A stretch of 64,000 bases of DNA from Elusimicrobia bacterium UBA5214 (GCA_002412545.1 DHVG01000002.1:130095-194094), one strand, 5' to 3'. Shown: positions 10,948-20,600, counted from the first letter of the stretch. Numbers and translations: made by a program. Notes: generated by a model from the letters alone, not told the origin.

Positions 10948-12482
10948 TGAGCAGAAGAAACAAACGACTCATCATTGGAACAATTTTGGTAATTGTTCCT
11001 TTAGCCGTAGTGTTTCTATCTAAGTTTGTGCTTCAGGGAGCATCTTCAGTGCCTAAACTCAATGCGATTAAGGTTACTACTCCCCCTATGCTTGATGGTG
11101 ACGCCTCGGATGCAGTGTGGCAAACTGCCCCGGAATTAAAGGTAACTATAAATGGAAGCTGGGCAACAAGCCCCGTAACTGTGGCGGGGCAGGGAGGGGG
11201 AACAGCAACGGAGATAACTATCCCCTGGGTTAAACTTAAGGCACTCTATACCGATACCACCCTTTATGTCCTGGCTACCTGGCCAGATTCAGACTTAAGT
11301 ATCACCAGAGGGGGTGGATGGGATTGGACTGGAACTGCCTGGACTAAACACAGTGGTCAGGCGGAAGATAGGCTTGCCTTTTGGTGGCCAATCAATGTTC
11401 CCAAATTTGAGAGTATCGGTTGTAGAGCAAAATGTCATATGCCGGATGCTCATCCTGATTGTTATACGGCAGGATGTCATATGAAGGATAATCATCCTTC
11501 AACCACAGGATTGGAAGATGAATGTTATGTTCAAACTGGTGAAAGAGCAGATAAATGGCATATGAAAGCAGCACGTTTTCTTGGTGTAAAAAGTGCAGCA
11601 CAATCAGGAGTTGTGGTGGTAAATCCTACTACCCACGAGGTAACCGGCGGTAAAGTTACTTTAATTGGCTACTGTGATGATAAGCATACTACAGAGTATG
11701 TTGCTGACAAAGATGGCGGTAGAAGAGGAGATAGTGGTTCCGGTGCTACTACGGATAACCGAAATGCTATCAAAACCTCACCTAAGTATATGGAATCTAA
11801 TCCGGATAATTACATTGATGCGATGATTCTTACTCAAACAGAAATTAACAACGGTGAGACGATTATTGTTGATACCACCGGAGTAACCGGTGCGTATGCT
11901 GGTGATGACGCAGTTACCTCTGCTTGGAGTAAATACAGTAGTTTTAATGCCTGTGTACCGGAAAATATTCTAAAAGAGCCATCCGGTAGTCGAGGGAATA
12001 TAGAACAAGCGGCTACTTGGGAAAATGGAATCTGGACCTCTGAATTTAAAAGAGCACTGCTCACCAGTACTACTGACCAAGATGTTCAGTTTAGCGATTT
12101 AACCAAAGAATATTCTTTTGCGGTAGCGGTGATGGATAATAGTGGTGGGGAGGAACATTTTTGGCAGAAGGATTATCAGAACTTAGTTTTTGTGACACTG
12201 ACACCGGCGGCGAGGATAGTAGAAAATGTAGTTGCTTATCCCAGTCCATTTAATCCCAAGACAGGTTTACTTAAGTTCGCTAATGTACCGGCGGATGCGA
12301 CAATTGAGATATATACTTTAACCGGTGAACTGGTTTACACCTTAGAAAATCCTACGAGTTCCGCGATAGTAGAATGGGATGGTAAAAATGAAGATGGAAA
12401 AATTGTCGCTCGTGGTATTTACATCTATCGGGTTAAATCAGGTGGGGATGAAGTAAGAGGAAAATTTGCGGTAGTGAAATGA
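10948..12482 (+). CDS. Secreted cell-surface protein with a T9SS-type (Por/FlgD-Ig-like) C-terminal sorting domain. The N-terminal region has CX3CH/CX4CH motifs.
   Basis: Strong RBS (aaggggg) at ATG 10948 and a signal-anchor MSRRNKRLIIGTILVIVPLAVVFL. The last ~80 aa (AYPSPFNPKTG...IYTLTGELV...WDGKNEDGK..ARGIYIYRVKSG...KFAVVK) match the T9SS CTD pattern. CRAKCH and CYTAGCH motifs are present. Confidence 0.6.
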
Positions 12483-12519
12483 AACGAAGATTAACTCAAT
12501 GAATGGGGAGGTGGAGAAG

Positions 12520-13428
12520 ATGAATTTCTTAAAAAAATTTAGTATTTTATTTCTTACTCTGTTTTTAGTTATTCCGGATTTAGTTTTAGCCGGTGAAGCC
12601 GAGGTAGGCACAACTGCGGCTAATTTCTTAAAGATTACACCGAACACAAAAGGTAGTGCAATGGGTGAAGCGGAAGTTGCGGTCGCTGATGATGTCAACG
12701 CTATCTATGCTAACCCGGCGGGATTAAGCAAGGTCACTGCTAAAGAAGCAACTTTTACCCATTTAGTGTGGTTAGAAGAGATTAGTTACGAATCTATCGG
12801 TTACGCTCAGGTTTTGAAAAATATCGGCGTATTGGGAGTAAACCTTGCTTATCTTTACACGGATATTGATAAGTTTAGCGAAACTTACGATTATCCTTGC
12901 TACAAAAAAGAGGGAACCTATAAAGTAAGCGATATGGCGATTACTCTTGCCTATAGTCGTAAAATTTCGGAGATTATCTCTGCGGGAATAAGTATCAAAT
13001 CTATTTCTGATAACATTGATGGAGATACAGTCAGCGGAATAGCGGTAGATATCGGTGGGTTATACAATACACCGATAAAGAATTTAACTGCGGGCTTGAG
13101 TTTACGCAATCTCGGTGGTTCCTTAGGTGATGATAGTTTACCGGTTGCCTATATTCTCGGTGCAGGCTATAAACTTTATGAAGAAAGATTAACTTTGGTT
13201 TGTGATTTAGTTATCCCTGTAGATAATAAAATCGGTTTAAGTTTCGGTGCGGAGTATTGGTATGCAGGGAAACTTGCTCTTCGCTTAGGTGGAGAAATAG
13301 GGGGTGAGTTAGGCAATTTCGGTGCAGGAATAGGGTATAAGTTTAAAAATTATCAGATTGATTATGCGCTTATACCTTATGGCGGTCTTGGGCTTACTCA
13401 TCGTATTTCTTTCTCAGCAAAATTTTAA
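12520..13428 (+). CDS. Outer-membrane beta-barrel protein of the PorV/PorQ-like family (T9SS-associated)
   Basis: Signal peptide. GTTAANFLKI..GSAMGEA.VAVADD.NAIYANPAGL is an N-terminal motif typical of the PorV/UPF0164 family. The C-terminus ends with aromatic ...SAKF. Confidence 0.5.
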   Translation: MNFLKKFSILFLTLFLVIPDLVLAGEAEVGTTAANFLKITPNTKGSAMGEAEVAVADDVNAIYANPAGLSKVTAKEATFTHLVWLEEISYESIGYAQVLKNIGVLGVNLAYLYTDIDKFSETYDYPCYKKEGTYKVSDMAITLAYSRKISEIISAGISIKSISDNIDGDTVSGIAVDIGGLYNTPIKNLTAGLSLRNLGGSLGDDSLPVAYILGAGYKLYEERLTLVCDLVIPVDNKIGLSFGAEYWYAGKLALRLGGEIGGELGNFGAGIGYKFKNYQIDYALIPYGGLGLTHRISFSAKF

Positions 13429-13473
13429 AAACGCGGATTACGCAGATAAAAAACTGGATTACACAGAATTAGG

Positions 13474-13509
13474 AAAAGGCGACCCGATGTGATACGGGTC
13501 GCCTTTTTT
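13474..13509 (+). terminator. Rho-independent terminator
   Basis: aggcgacccg-atgtgata-cgggtcgcct followed by tttttta. Confidence 0.75.
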
Positions 13510-13576
13510 ATTTCCAAGAAGACAACTTATGTGACGAGTTTGCTTTTTTCCCAAAAAATTATATAATCAAATAAAA

Positions 13577-14275
13577 TTGCAAATGATTAGTGATAATCTA
13601 AAAAAAGTACAAGAAAAAATAAATTTTACTTGTCAGAAAATTGGACGTAATCCAGAGGGAATAATTTTAGTTGCGGTAACAAAAAATGTGCCGGTAGAAA
13701 AAATTAAAGAAGTAATTTTTTTAGATGTAATAAACATTGGTGAAAACCGTGTGCAGGAAGCGCTCAAGAAGTATAGCGAATTAGCCATTAGCCATCAGCC
13801 ATCAGCTATCAGCCAAGTTAAATGGCATCTGGTTGGACATTTGCAAAAGAATAAAGTAAAATATGCCTTGAAAATATTTGACCTGATTCACTCAGTTGAC
13901 GATTTTGAGTTAGCCGAAGAAATTGATAAACAGGCAAAAAAAATTGGTAAAATCCAGGATTGTCTAATTGAAATAAAAGTTTCACCGGAAGTGACTAAAT
14001 ACGGTTGTCCACCCGAACCGGAAGAAGTTAAAAAGTTAATTGAGCGAATTAGCGAATTAGCGAATATTCGTATTCGTGGTCTAATGGCAATGGCACCGTT
14101 TTTTGAAAAATCCGAAGAGACTCGTCCCTATTTCCGTCAAGCATTTGAATGCTACTCGTTACTTGCTACTCGCTACTCGCTTACTTACTTATCAATGGGT
14201 ATGTCTAATGATTTTACTATTGCTTTAGAAGAAGGTGCAAATATGTTGCGTATTGGCACAGCTATATTTAAGTAA
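13577..14275 (+). CDS. yggS: YggS-family PLP homeostasis protein (alanine racemase N-terminal fold)
   Basis: ILVAVTKNVPVEKI..., GENRVQE and MGMSNDF.IA..EGAN.LRIGTAIF match. It lies upstream of proC, as in many bacteria. Two in-frame tandem-repeat insertions (13781-13815, 14151-14192). Confidence 0.8.
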   Translation: MQMISDNLKKVQEKINFTCQKIGRNPEGIILVAVTKNVPVEKIKEVIFLDVINIGENRVQEALKKYSELAISHQPSAISQVKWHLVGHLQKNKVKYALKIFDLIHSVDDFELAEEIDKQAKKIGKIQDCLIEIKVSPEVTKYGCPPEPEEVKKLIERISELANIRIRGLMAMAPFFEKSEETRPYFRQAFECYSLLATRYSLTYLSMGMSNDFTIALEEGANMLRIGTAIFK

Positions 14276-14608
14276 TTTCACAAAAATAATTAAGCAATTT
14301 TTGTCTCGGGAACCCTCTCTTCACTTTATAATTTTTTGACCAGAGACAAGAGGTGTCAAAAACTTTTCGGTAGACCACCTGTGCCTGCGATACCTGTGCA
14401 GGCTTCACAGGTGCAGGCATGACCTATCGGGATGTCGTTCAGAGAGGAACCCCTCAACAAATTGCTTACTTAAAGAGTTGCGAACCTTTTTCAAACGACT
14501 TTGAATTTATTTCCGACTCTTCGCTTCTGGGAAATAAATTATAGAGTGAGAAAAATGGTTCGCAAGTCAGAAACGAAATTAGGATATTATTTTTGTGAAA
14601 TTACTTAA

Positions 14609-15991
14609 ATGAAAATAACTCTTATTGAACCTTCAGCACCAGATTATCATATTTTCAGTATGTTTCATTTGCCACGCTTAGGTTTACCAATTTTAGGGAC
14701 AATTCTTAAGGAGAAAGGACATAAAGTCAATATTTATGTTGAAGGTTTACATCCGATTGATTACGATGAGGTTTACCGGTCTGATTTAGTCGGTATTTCC
14801 AGTATCACTTCTACCGCGCCACGGGCATACTCAATTGCTGAACAAGTGAGAAAGAAAGGCATCCCGGTAGTAATTGGTGGCAGTCATGTAACCTTTTTAC
14901 CTGATGAGGCATTGAAATATGTTGACTATGTAGTTCGTGGTGAAGGTGAGGAGACGCTTTTAGAGTTAGTAGATAGTATTCAGGATGGCAAACACTTTGC
15001 AGATATTTTAGGTCTTTCCTACCGAAATAATGGTTCTTACTTGCATAATCCCCAGCGTCCTTTGATTCCAGATTTGGATATGTATCCTTATCCTGATTTC
15101 AGCCTTATTCAGGGGATAGAAAGGGTTTCCAGTATTCCTCTGCAAATTTCCCGCGGTTGTCCTTTTAACTGTAGTTTCTGTTCGGTAACAAAAATGTTTG
15201 GTAGAAAATATCGTTTTCGGAATATGGAGAATGTAATTGAAGAGATTATTTTCCGTCTAAAGAGTTTTAATTCACCACCTTGGTTTTTCTTCTATGATGA
15301 TAATTTTACGGCTAATCCGAACCAGACAAAAATATTCCTGGAAGAAATATTACGGAAAAAAATAAAATTTTCCTGGACTGCTCAGACCCGTTCCGATGTA
15401 GTGAGAGACCGCGAATTGATGAACTTAATGAAAAGGACAAATTGCCAGTGCCTCTATATTGGTTTTGAATCAGTTAACCCCGAAACCTTGAAACTCTATA
15501 ATAAACGGCAATTAGTTGACGAAATACGCCAAGCAATTAAAATAATTCATAATTATGGGATTAGAATCCATGGTATGTTTGTGCTCGGTTCTGATGAGGA
15601 TGATGTGAAAATTATTAAGAATACCACACGTTTTGTGAAGAAAAACAAAATTGATACGGTTCAATATTTAATTCTTACACCGATTCCGGGAACTGAAGTA
15701 TATAACCAGATGAAGAGAGAAAACCGTCTCTTAACCACGGAATGGAATCTCTACGATGGGCTCCATGTAGTTTTTCAACCAGTAAAGATGACTGCCTATC
15801 AGTTACAGAAAGAAGCAATCAAAGCGATGCGTAAGTTTTATTCCTTTTTCAAGTCTTTAACCTTTTTAATTAAGGGTAAATTTTATTTAGGAATGGTTCG
15901 TTTTAAAGGTAGTTTGATTATTCAAAAATGGCAAAAAAGAAAAAAAGAGTTTCTTGCCGGTTTAAAAAAATTACATAAAGAACACAAATAG
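14609..15991 (+). CDS. B12-binding domain radical SAM protein
   Basis: N-terminal cobalamin-binding-like Rossmann region. The CPFNCSFCS CxxxCxxC radical-SAM cluster motif is present. Confidence 0.8.
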   Translation: MKITLIEPSAPDYHIFSMFHLPRLGLPILGTILKEKGHKVNIYVEGLHPIDYDEVYRSDLVGISSITSTAPRAYSIAEQVRKKGIPVVIGGSHVTFLPDEALKYVDYVVRGEGEETLLELVDSIQDGKHFADILGLSYRNNGSYLHNPQRPLIPDLDMYPYPDFSLIQGIERVSSIPLQISRGCPFNCSFCSVTKMFGRKYRFRNMENVIEEIIFRLKSFNSPPWFFFYDDNFTANPNQTKIFLEEILRKKIKFSWTAQTRSDVVRDRELMNLMKRTNCQCLYIGFESVNPETLKLYNKRQLVDEIRQAIKIIHNYGIRIHGMFVLGSDEDDVKIIKNTTRFVKKNKIDTVQYLILTPIPGTEVYNQMKRENRLLTTEWNLYDGLHVVFQPVKMTAYQLQKEAIKAMRKFYSFFKSLTFLIKGKFYLGMVRFKGSLIIQKWQKRKKEFLAGLKKLHKEHK

Positions 15992-16001
15992 GAATTAAAG
16001 A

Positions 16002-16814
16002 ATGTTAAAACAAAAGATTGTCTTTCTTGGTGCTGGGAATATGGGGGAAGCGCTGATTAGCGGGTTAGTAAACAGCGGTTTAGCCGGTAAGGGACAGATT
16101 ATTGCTACCGATATTCGTACGGAAAGACTGGTTTATTTAAAGAAAAAATTCGGAATCCAGGTTAGTGAAAATAACAAAAAAGCAGTTCAACAAGGGGAGA
16201 TAATTGTTTTAGCCGTCAAACCACAACAGATAAAGGGGTTATTAGGTGAAATAGGTGATTGGGTGAGAAAAGAGCAGTTAGTAATTTCAATTGCGGCTGG
16301 TATTCCTACCAAATATATTGAAAAATTTTTCCAGCAGAGAGTACCGCTAATCCGAGTAATGCCAAATACACCAGCATTAGTTGGTGAAGGGGTTACTGTG
16401 CTTACACCGGGTAAATATACAAATGAAAAGCATTTAAAAATAGCGAAGAAAATTTTTTCTGCAGTTGGTTATGTATCTGTATTACCCGAAAAATTACTTA
16501 ATGCAGTTACTGCTCTTTCCGGTTCAGGTCCGGCGTATATTTTCTATCTTGCTGAAATTTTAGATGAAGCAGCAAAAAAAATGAATCTACCCGAAGAAAC
16601 TGCTTGTGAATTAGTCACCCGGACAATTCTTGGTGCAGGAAAAATGCTCAAAATTACTGGTGAATCAGGGCGAATGCTCCGACAGAAAGTTACTTCTCCT
16701 GGTGGCACTACTGAGGCAGCAACAAAGTATCTGCAAGCAAAGAAATTCAAAGAAATATTTATTCAAGCCCTCTTCAAAGCACGGAAACGTGCCCAAGAAC
16801 TTGCACCAAAATAA
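16002..16814 (+). CDS. proC: Pyrroline-5-carboxylate reductase
   Basis: IVFLGAGNMGEAL..., MPNTPALVGEG and LSGSGPAY.F...EAL are ProC signatures. Confidence 0.88.
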   Translation: MLKQKIVFLGAGNMGEALISGLVNSGLAGKGQIIATDIRTERLVYLKKKFGIQVSENNKKAVQQGEIIVLAVKPQQIKGLLGEIGDWVRKEQLVISIAAGIPTKYIEKFFQQRVPLIRVMPNTPALVGEGVTVLTPGKYTNEKHLKIAKKIFSAVGYVSVLPEKLLNAVTALSGSGPAYIFYLAEILDEAAKKMNLPEETACELVTRTILGAGKMLKITGESGRMLRQKVTSPGGTTEAATKYLQAKKFKEIFIQALFKARKRAQELAPK

Positions 16815-16930
16815 ATCAAATTATTCTAATAATTCTAATTAATATATAAGTAAAACGTGTTGTTTTGAAAATAGCCAACCGTATTTTTTACCCATTGACA
16901 AAATAGAAAAATAGATTATACTTATAATTA

Positions 16931-17060
16931 GGAAACGATAAGGGCAAACTCCTCCCCCGTTGTAACTTTGGGGGATCTCGATGGTTTACCTTCGGGAGAG
17001 AAATCGGAGGACGCAAAGCTACGGGGCTAAATCCACTGTCTGTGGATAAGTTGGCCGGGC
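16931..17060 (+). ncRNA. Putative cyclic-di-GMP-I (GEMM) riboswitch aptamer in the pilT leader
   Basis: AAGGGCAAAC...GGACGCAAAGCUACGGGGCUAAA matches the conserved GGGCAAAC / GGACGCAAAGCC...GGCCUAAA blocks of GEMM-I (Vc2-like). A candidate terminator/expression-platform hairpin sits at 17104-17170 (gccgagttacc...ggtaactcggc + tttt). Confidence 0.55.
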
Positions 17061-17197
17061 TGCCGAAAAGATTTAGGTATCATTCATTTGGCAGTGGATA
17101 TGCTCGCCGAGTTACCGAAAAAACGATAAAAAGTAAAACAAAATTTGAATAAGGTAACTCGGCTTTTATTTTGAGGGGAGAGGAGGAGTAATTAAGA

Positions 17198-18319
17198 ATG
17201 AAAATTGATGATTTATTGCGTTTGATGGTTTCAAACCGTGCTTCAGATTTGCATTTGAAAGCCGACACTCGTCCTTTATTGAGGATAGACGGAGAACTGA
17301 TTCCCGAGGATAAATTACCTGAATTTTCCAGTGCAGAAATCTGGGAACTGGTTTGCCAGATGATTGGCGAAGAGCAAAAAGATAAATTCACTCAGGAAAA
17401 AGAATTAGATTTTGCCTATAATCTATCCGGTTTAGCAAGATTTCGTGTAAACACCTATCTACAAAGAGGACAAATTGGTGTTTCAATAAGGGCGATTCCC
17501 TGGGATATTCCTACCTTAGATAAATTGGGATTTCCACCAGTGATTAAGGAGTTAGCTCTTAAACCGAGAGGTTTGGTCTTGGTCACCGGTCCGACGGGAA
17601 GCGGAAAATCAACAACTCTCGCGGCAATCATCAATTATATCAATGTTAATCGGCGTTGTCAGATAATTACTATTGAAGACCCGATTGAGTTTGTGCATAA
17701 AAATAAATTGAGTAATATTGACCAGCGCGAGTTAGGTAGTGACACTCTCTCCTTTGCTAATGCTTTGAAACATGTCCTCCGACAAGACCCGGATGTAATT
17801 TTAGTTGGTGAAATGCGCGACTTGGAAACAATCGCTTTAGCGATTACTGCTGCGGAAACCGGGCATCTAGTTTTTTCTACTTTGCATACTACGGGTGCGG
17901 CAGCAACCATTGACCGGATTATTGATGTTTTCCCACCAACTCAACAATCTCAGGTAAGGTTGCAAATTGCTACACTCTTGGAGGGGGTAATCTCTCAGAT
18001 TCTTTTACCCTGTGCGGATAGTAAAGGAAGAGTTGCTGCTTTAGAGATTATGATTTCTACTCCGGCGATTCGCAATCTTATCCGGGAGAATAAAGTTTTT
18101 CAGATTTCTTCGGTGATGCAAACCGGTGTTTCTTCAGGAATGCAGACACTTGACCTTGCTTTGAAGAAACTATGTGAAGAAAAACTGATTACTTACGAAG
18201 AAGCATTAACTAAGTGCAGCGAGCCGGAACAGTTTCAAAAAATGCACTCTGCGGGTAAATTCAGAGAGACCAAATTTAGTTCCCCAGCACCAATTTCTGG
18301 CAATGTCGTTCCTGCATAA
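17198..18319 (+). CDS. pilT: Type IV pilus retraction ATPase PilT
   Basis: Walker A GPTGSGKST, ITIEDPIEF, the Asp box and GMQT..L are PilT/PilU family motifs. Confidence 0.85.
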   Translation: MKIDDLLRLMVSNRASDLHLKADTRPLLRIDGELIPEDKLPEFSSAEIWELVCQMIGEEQKDKFTQEKELDFAYNLSGLARFRVNTYLQRGQIGVSIRAIPWDIPTLDKLGFPPVIKELALKPRGLVLVTGPTGSGKSTTLAAIINYINVNRRCQIITIEDPIEFVHKNKLSNIDQRELGSDTLSFANALKHVLRQDPDVILVGEMRDLETIALAITAAETGHLVFSTLHTTGAAATIDRIIDVFPPTQQSQVRLQIATLLEGVISQILLPCADSKGRVAALEIMISTPAIRNLIRENKVFQISSVMQTGVSSGMQTLDLALKKLCEEKLITYEEALTKCSEPEQFQKMHSAGKFRETKFSSPAPISGNVVPA

Positions 18320-18407
18320 TGATGGTCCAATCTTACCAATTTTCCCAAGTCGGAGATCCCGCTTTAGCGGTGATTTGTCTACAAAAAATTTTTTTTTCTT
18401 CAACCCC

Positions 18408-18436
18408 TTGACACCACCCCCCCGTCAAGATATAAT
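18408..18436 (+). promoter_or_regulatory. Consensus sigma70 promoter (TTGACA-17-TATAAT) with an A/T UP tract
   Basis: TTGACA 18408-18413 and TATAAT 18431-18436, with upstream acaaaaaattttttttt. Confidence 0.6.
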
Positions 18437-18508
18437 ATAACCTAATCAGTAAAATTCGTTGCTTTTGGTTTGTTTTCCTTGTCTTGTTTGAAAAAGGAGA
18501 GCAAAAAA

Positions 18509-18532
18509 ATGGCAGATGAATTTTTTACTTGA
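18509..18532 (+). CDS. Putative 7-aa leader peptide MADEFFT followed by a terminator hairpin (attenuator-like)
   Basis: RBS aaggaga 8 nt upstream; ATG GCA GAT GAA TTT TTT ACT TGA. It is followed at 18541-18582 by the hairpin accgctaattttcaga/tctgaaatagcggt plus a T-run. Confidence 0.3.
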   Translation: MADEFFT

Positions 18533-18643
18533 TTTTTTAAACCGCTAATTTTCAGAAAAATCTGAAATAGCGGTTTTTATATTTTTACGAAAAGAAAAAC
18601 ATTCATCCGAGTATAAGTTTAACATAACTAAAAGAGGAAGGAG

Positions 18644-19282
18644 GTGAGAGAAATGGGAACAAGAGCAAATTTTCTCAAAGTTGTATTGGTGACTACCATC
18701 GGTATTGGTATTGGGTTATTCATTCCGCGTATTGCTGGAACTCATTGTGATACGCTTGATGGTCCGGTAGTAACGACCGCAAAGACGGCTTTAGAGAAGG
18801 GTGATGTAACTCCGGTTCTCAAGTGGGTGAGTAAAGAATATGAAAATGAAATTCGTGACTTGTTTAAGAAGACACTGGCGGTAAGAGGTAAAAGTCCGGA
18901 AGCAAAAGAACTTGCCGATATGTATTTCTTTGAAACATTAGTACGGCTACATCGTGCTGGTGAAGGTGCACCTTACACTGGTCTTAAACCTGCTGGTGCC
19001 GTAGAACCTCCGGTAGCGGCAGCGGATAAAGCATTGGAGATGGGTAATGTTGATGGTTTAGTAAAAAATATAACCGACCATACTGCTGCGGCGATTCGTG
19101 AACGGTTTAATCGTGTCATTGAAACAAAAAAACATATGGACGAAAGTGTTGAAGCAGGACGAGAATATGTAGAAGCATATATTGAGTTCACTCATTATGT
19201 AGAACGACTCCATCTTACTGCCCACGGTGCCCCTGGACATCACGGTGAACCGGAAGGGAAAGAACCGGAACATAAACACTAA
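18644..19282 (+). CDS. Secreted His-rich hypothetical protein (HCDTLDGPVV motif), co-operonic with a multiheme cytochrome
   Basis: Signal-like N-terminus and a C-terminal HGAPGHHGEPEGKEPEHKH tail. It sits 41 nt upstream of the cytochrome gene. Confidence 0.5.
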   Translation: MREMGTRANFLKVVLVTTIGIGIGLFIPRIAGTHCDTLDGPVVTTAKTALEKGDVTPVLKWVSKEYENEIRDLFKKTLAVRGKSPEAKELADMYFFETLVRLHRAGEGAPYTGLKPAGAVEPPVAAADKALEMGNVDGLVKNITDHTAAAIRERFNRVIETKKHMDESVEAGREYVEAYIEFTHYVERLHLTAHGAPGHHGEPEGKEPEHKH

Positions 19283-19323
19283 CCGTCTATAATAAGTATA
19301 ACACTAATGGAGGTGAAGTTCAG

Positions 19324-20580
19324 ATGCGAAGGTTTAATTTATGTGCAATTTTTATTGTAATGGTTAGTTTTATCTTCGTTTCCGGCGCATCAACACAAGA
19401 ATGTGTTGATTGCCATAAAAAGGTCACCCCAAACATTGTCTCTGACTGGCAATTAAGCAAGCACGGTCAGATTGGGATTGGTTGTTCAATCTGTCACGGT
19501 AACGAACATAAATCTGCAGAAGATGTAGCGAAGGCGAAAATTCCTCTACCCGAGACCTGCGCCACCTGTCACAAAACACGTTTTGAACAGTTTAAGGGAG
19601 GGAAACATGCTTTCGCTTGGGCAGCAATGAAAGCGATGCCTACTGCTCATTGGCAACCAATGGCACTAATGGAAGGGATGAAAGGTTGTGGTGGATGTCA
19701 TAAGATTGGATTAAAAACCGAGGATGAAATTAAAGAGTTAAAAAAAACTGGTCCCGGGTTTGGTCTTGCTTCCTGTGATGCTTGTCATACTCGGCATACT
19801 TTCTCCATTGAAGAAGCTCGTCAGCCACAAGCCTGTGAAACCTGCCATATGGGTTTTGACCATCCACAATGGGAAATGTATTCCACTTCCAAACATGGTG
19901 TTCGCTACTTATTGAAACAAAATAAAGTACTTCCGGAGACAGTTGCTGCACCAACTTGTCAAACCTGTCATCTGCAGGAAGGTAATCATAAAGTCAAAAC
20001 CGCTTGGGGATTCCTTGCGGTGCGCCTGCCGATGCCTGAGGATAAAGAATGGGCTTCTGACCGTGCAACTGTTCTTCAAGGGCTTGGTGTGCTTGACCCG
20101 GAAGGTAAACCAACTGCCCGGTTGGATATTGTTAAAGCAGCCGATGTTGCCCGGTTGACTCAAGAGGATTGGCAAAAAGAACGGGATAAGATGCTGAAAA
20201 CCTGCAATCAATGTCATTCTCTCAACTTTGTGAAAGGGGAATTAGAAAAAGGTGACCGGATGATTAAAGAAGCGGACCGTTTGATGGCTGAGGCAATTCG
20301 CATCGTTGCGGATTTATACAATGATGGTATACTTGCCAAACCGAAGAATTATGCTTACACATTTCCCGACTTGCTTACCTTCCACGATGCACCGACAGTG
20401 ATTGAACAGAAACTTTTTGTGATGTATCTGGAACATCGGATGAGAACATTCCAGGGGACATTTCACGCTAATCCTGATTATGCATTATGGTATGGTTGGA
20501 GTGAAATGCAGCGTGACTTCACCGAGATTAAAACCATCGCTGAAGAACTGCGGACGAGAACAAAAGAAAAGAAAAAATGA
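19324..20580 (+). CDS. Octaheme c-type cytochrome (HAO/ONR-superfamily-like)
   Basis: Signal peptide plus eight canonical CxxCH motifs (CVDCH, CSICH, CATCH, CGGCH, CDACH, CETCH, CQTCH, CNQCH) in about 400 aa. Confidence 0.8.
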   Translation: MRRFNLCAIFIVMVSFIFVSGASTQECVDCHKKVTPNIVSDWQLSKHGQIGIGCSICHGNEHKSAEDVAKAKIPLPETCATCHKTRFEQFKGGKHAFAWAAMKAMPTAHWQPMALMEGMKGCGGCHKIGLKTEDEIKELKKTGPGFGLASCDACHTRHTFSIEEARQPQACETCHMGFDHPQWEMYSTSKHGVRYLLKQNKVLPETVAAPTCQTCHLQEGNHKVKTAWGFLAVRLPMPEDKEWASDRATVLQGLGVLDPEGKPTARLDIVKAADVARLTQEDWQKERDKMLKTCNQCHSLNFVKGELEKGDRMIKEADRLMAEAIRIVADLYNDGILAKPKNYAYTFPDLLTFHDAPTVIEQKLFVMYLEHRMRTFQGTFHANPDYALWYGWSEMQRDFTEIKTIAEELRTRTKEKKK

Positions 20581-20600
20581 AACAATGAGGAGGTGGAGAA

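Noticed and set aside
14276-14608. Cobalamin riboswitch upstream of the B12-binding radical SAM gene
   Set aside because: I could not find the conserved B12 box (GCCACUG-like) or the typical GC-rich junction motifs. Only generic hairpins and 15-mer repeats are present.
16931-17175. tRNA, tmRNA or RNase P RNA in the structured pilT leader
   Set aside because: There is no T-loop (GTTCRANYC) or D-loop pattern. The tmRNA tag reading frame and RNase P conserved blocks are absent. The sequence fits the GEMM-I blocks instead.
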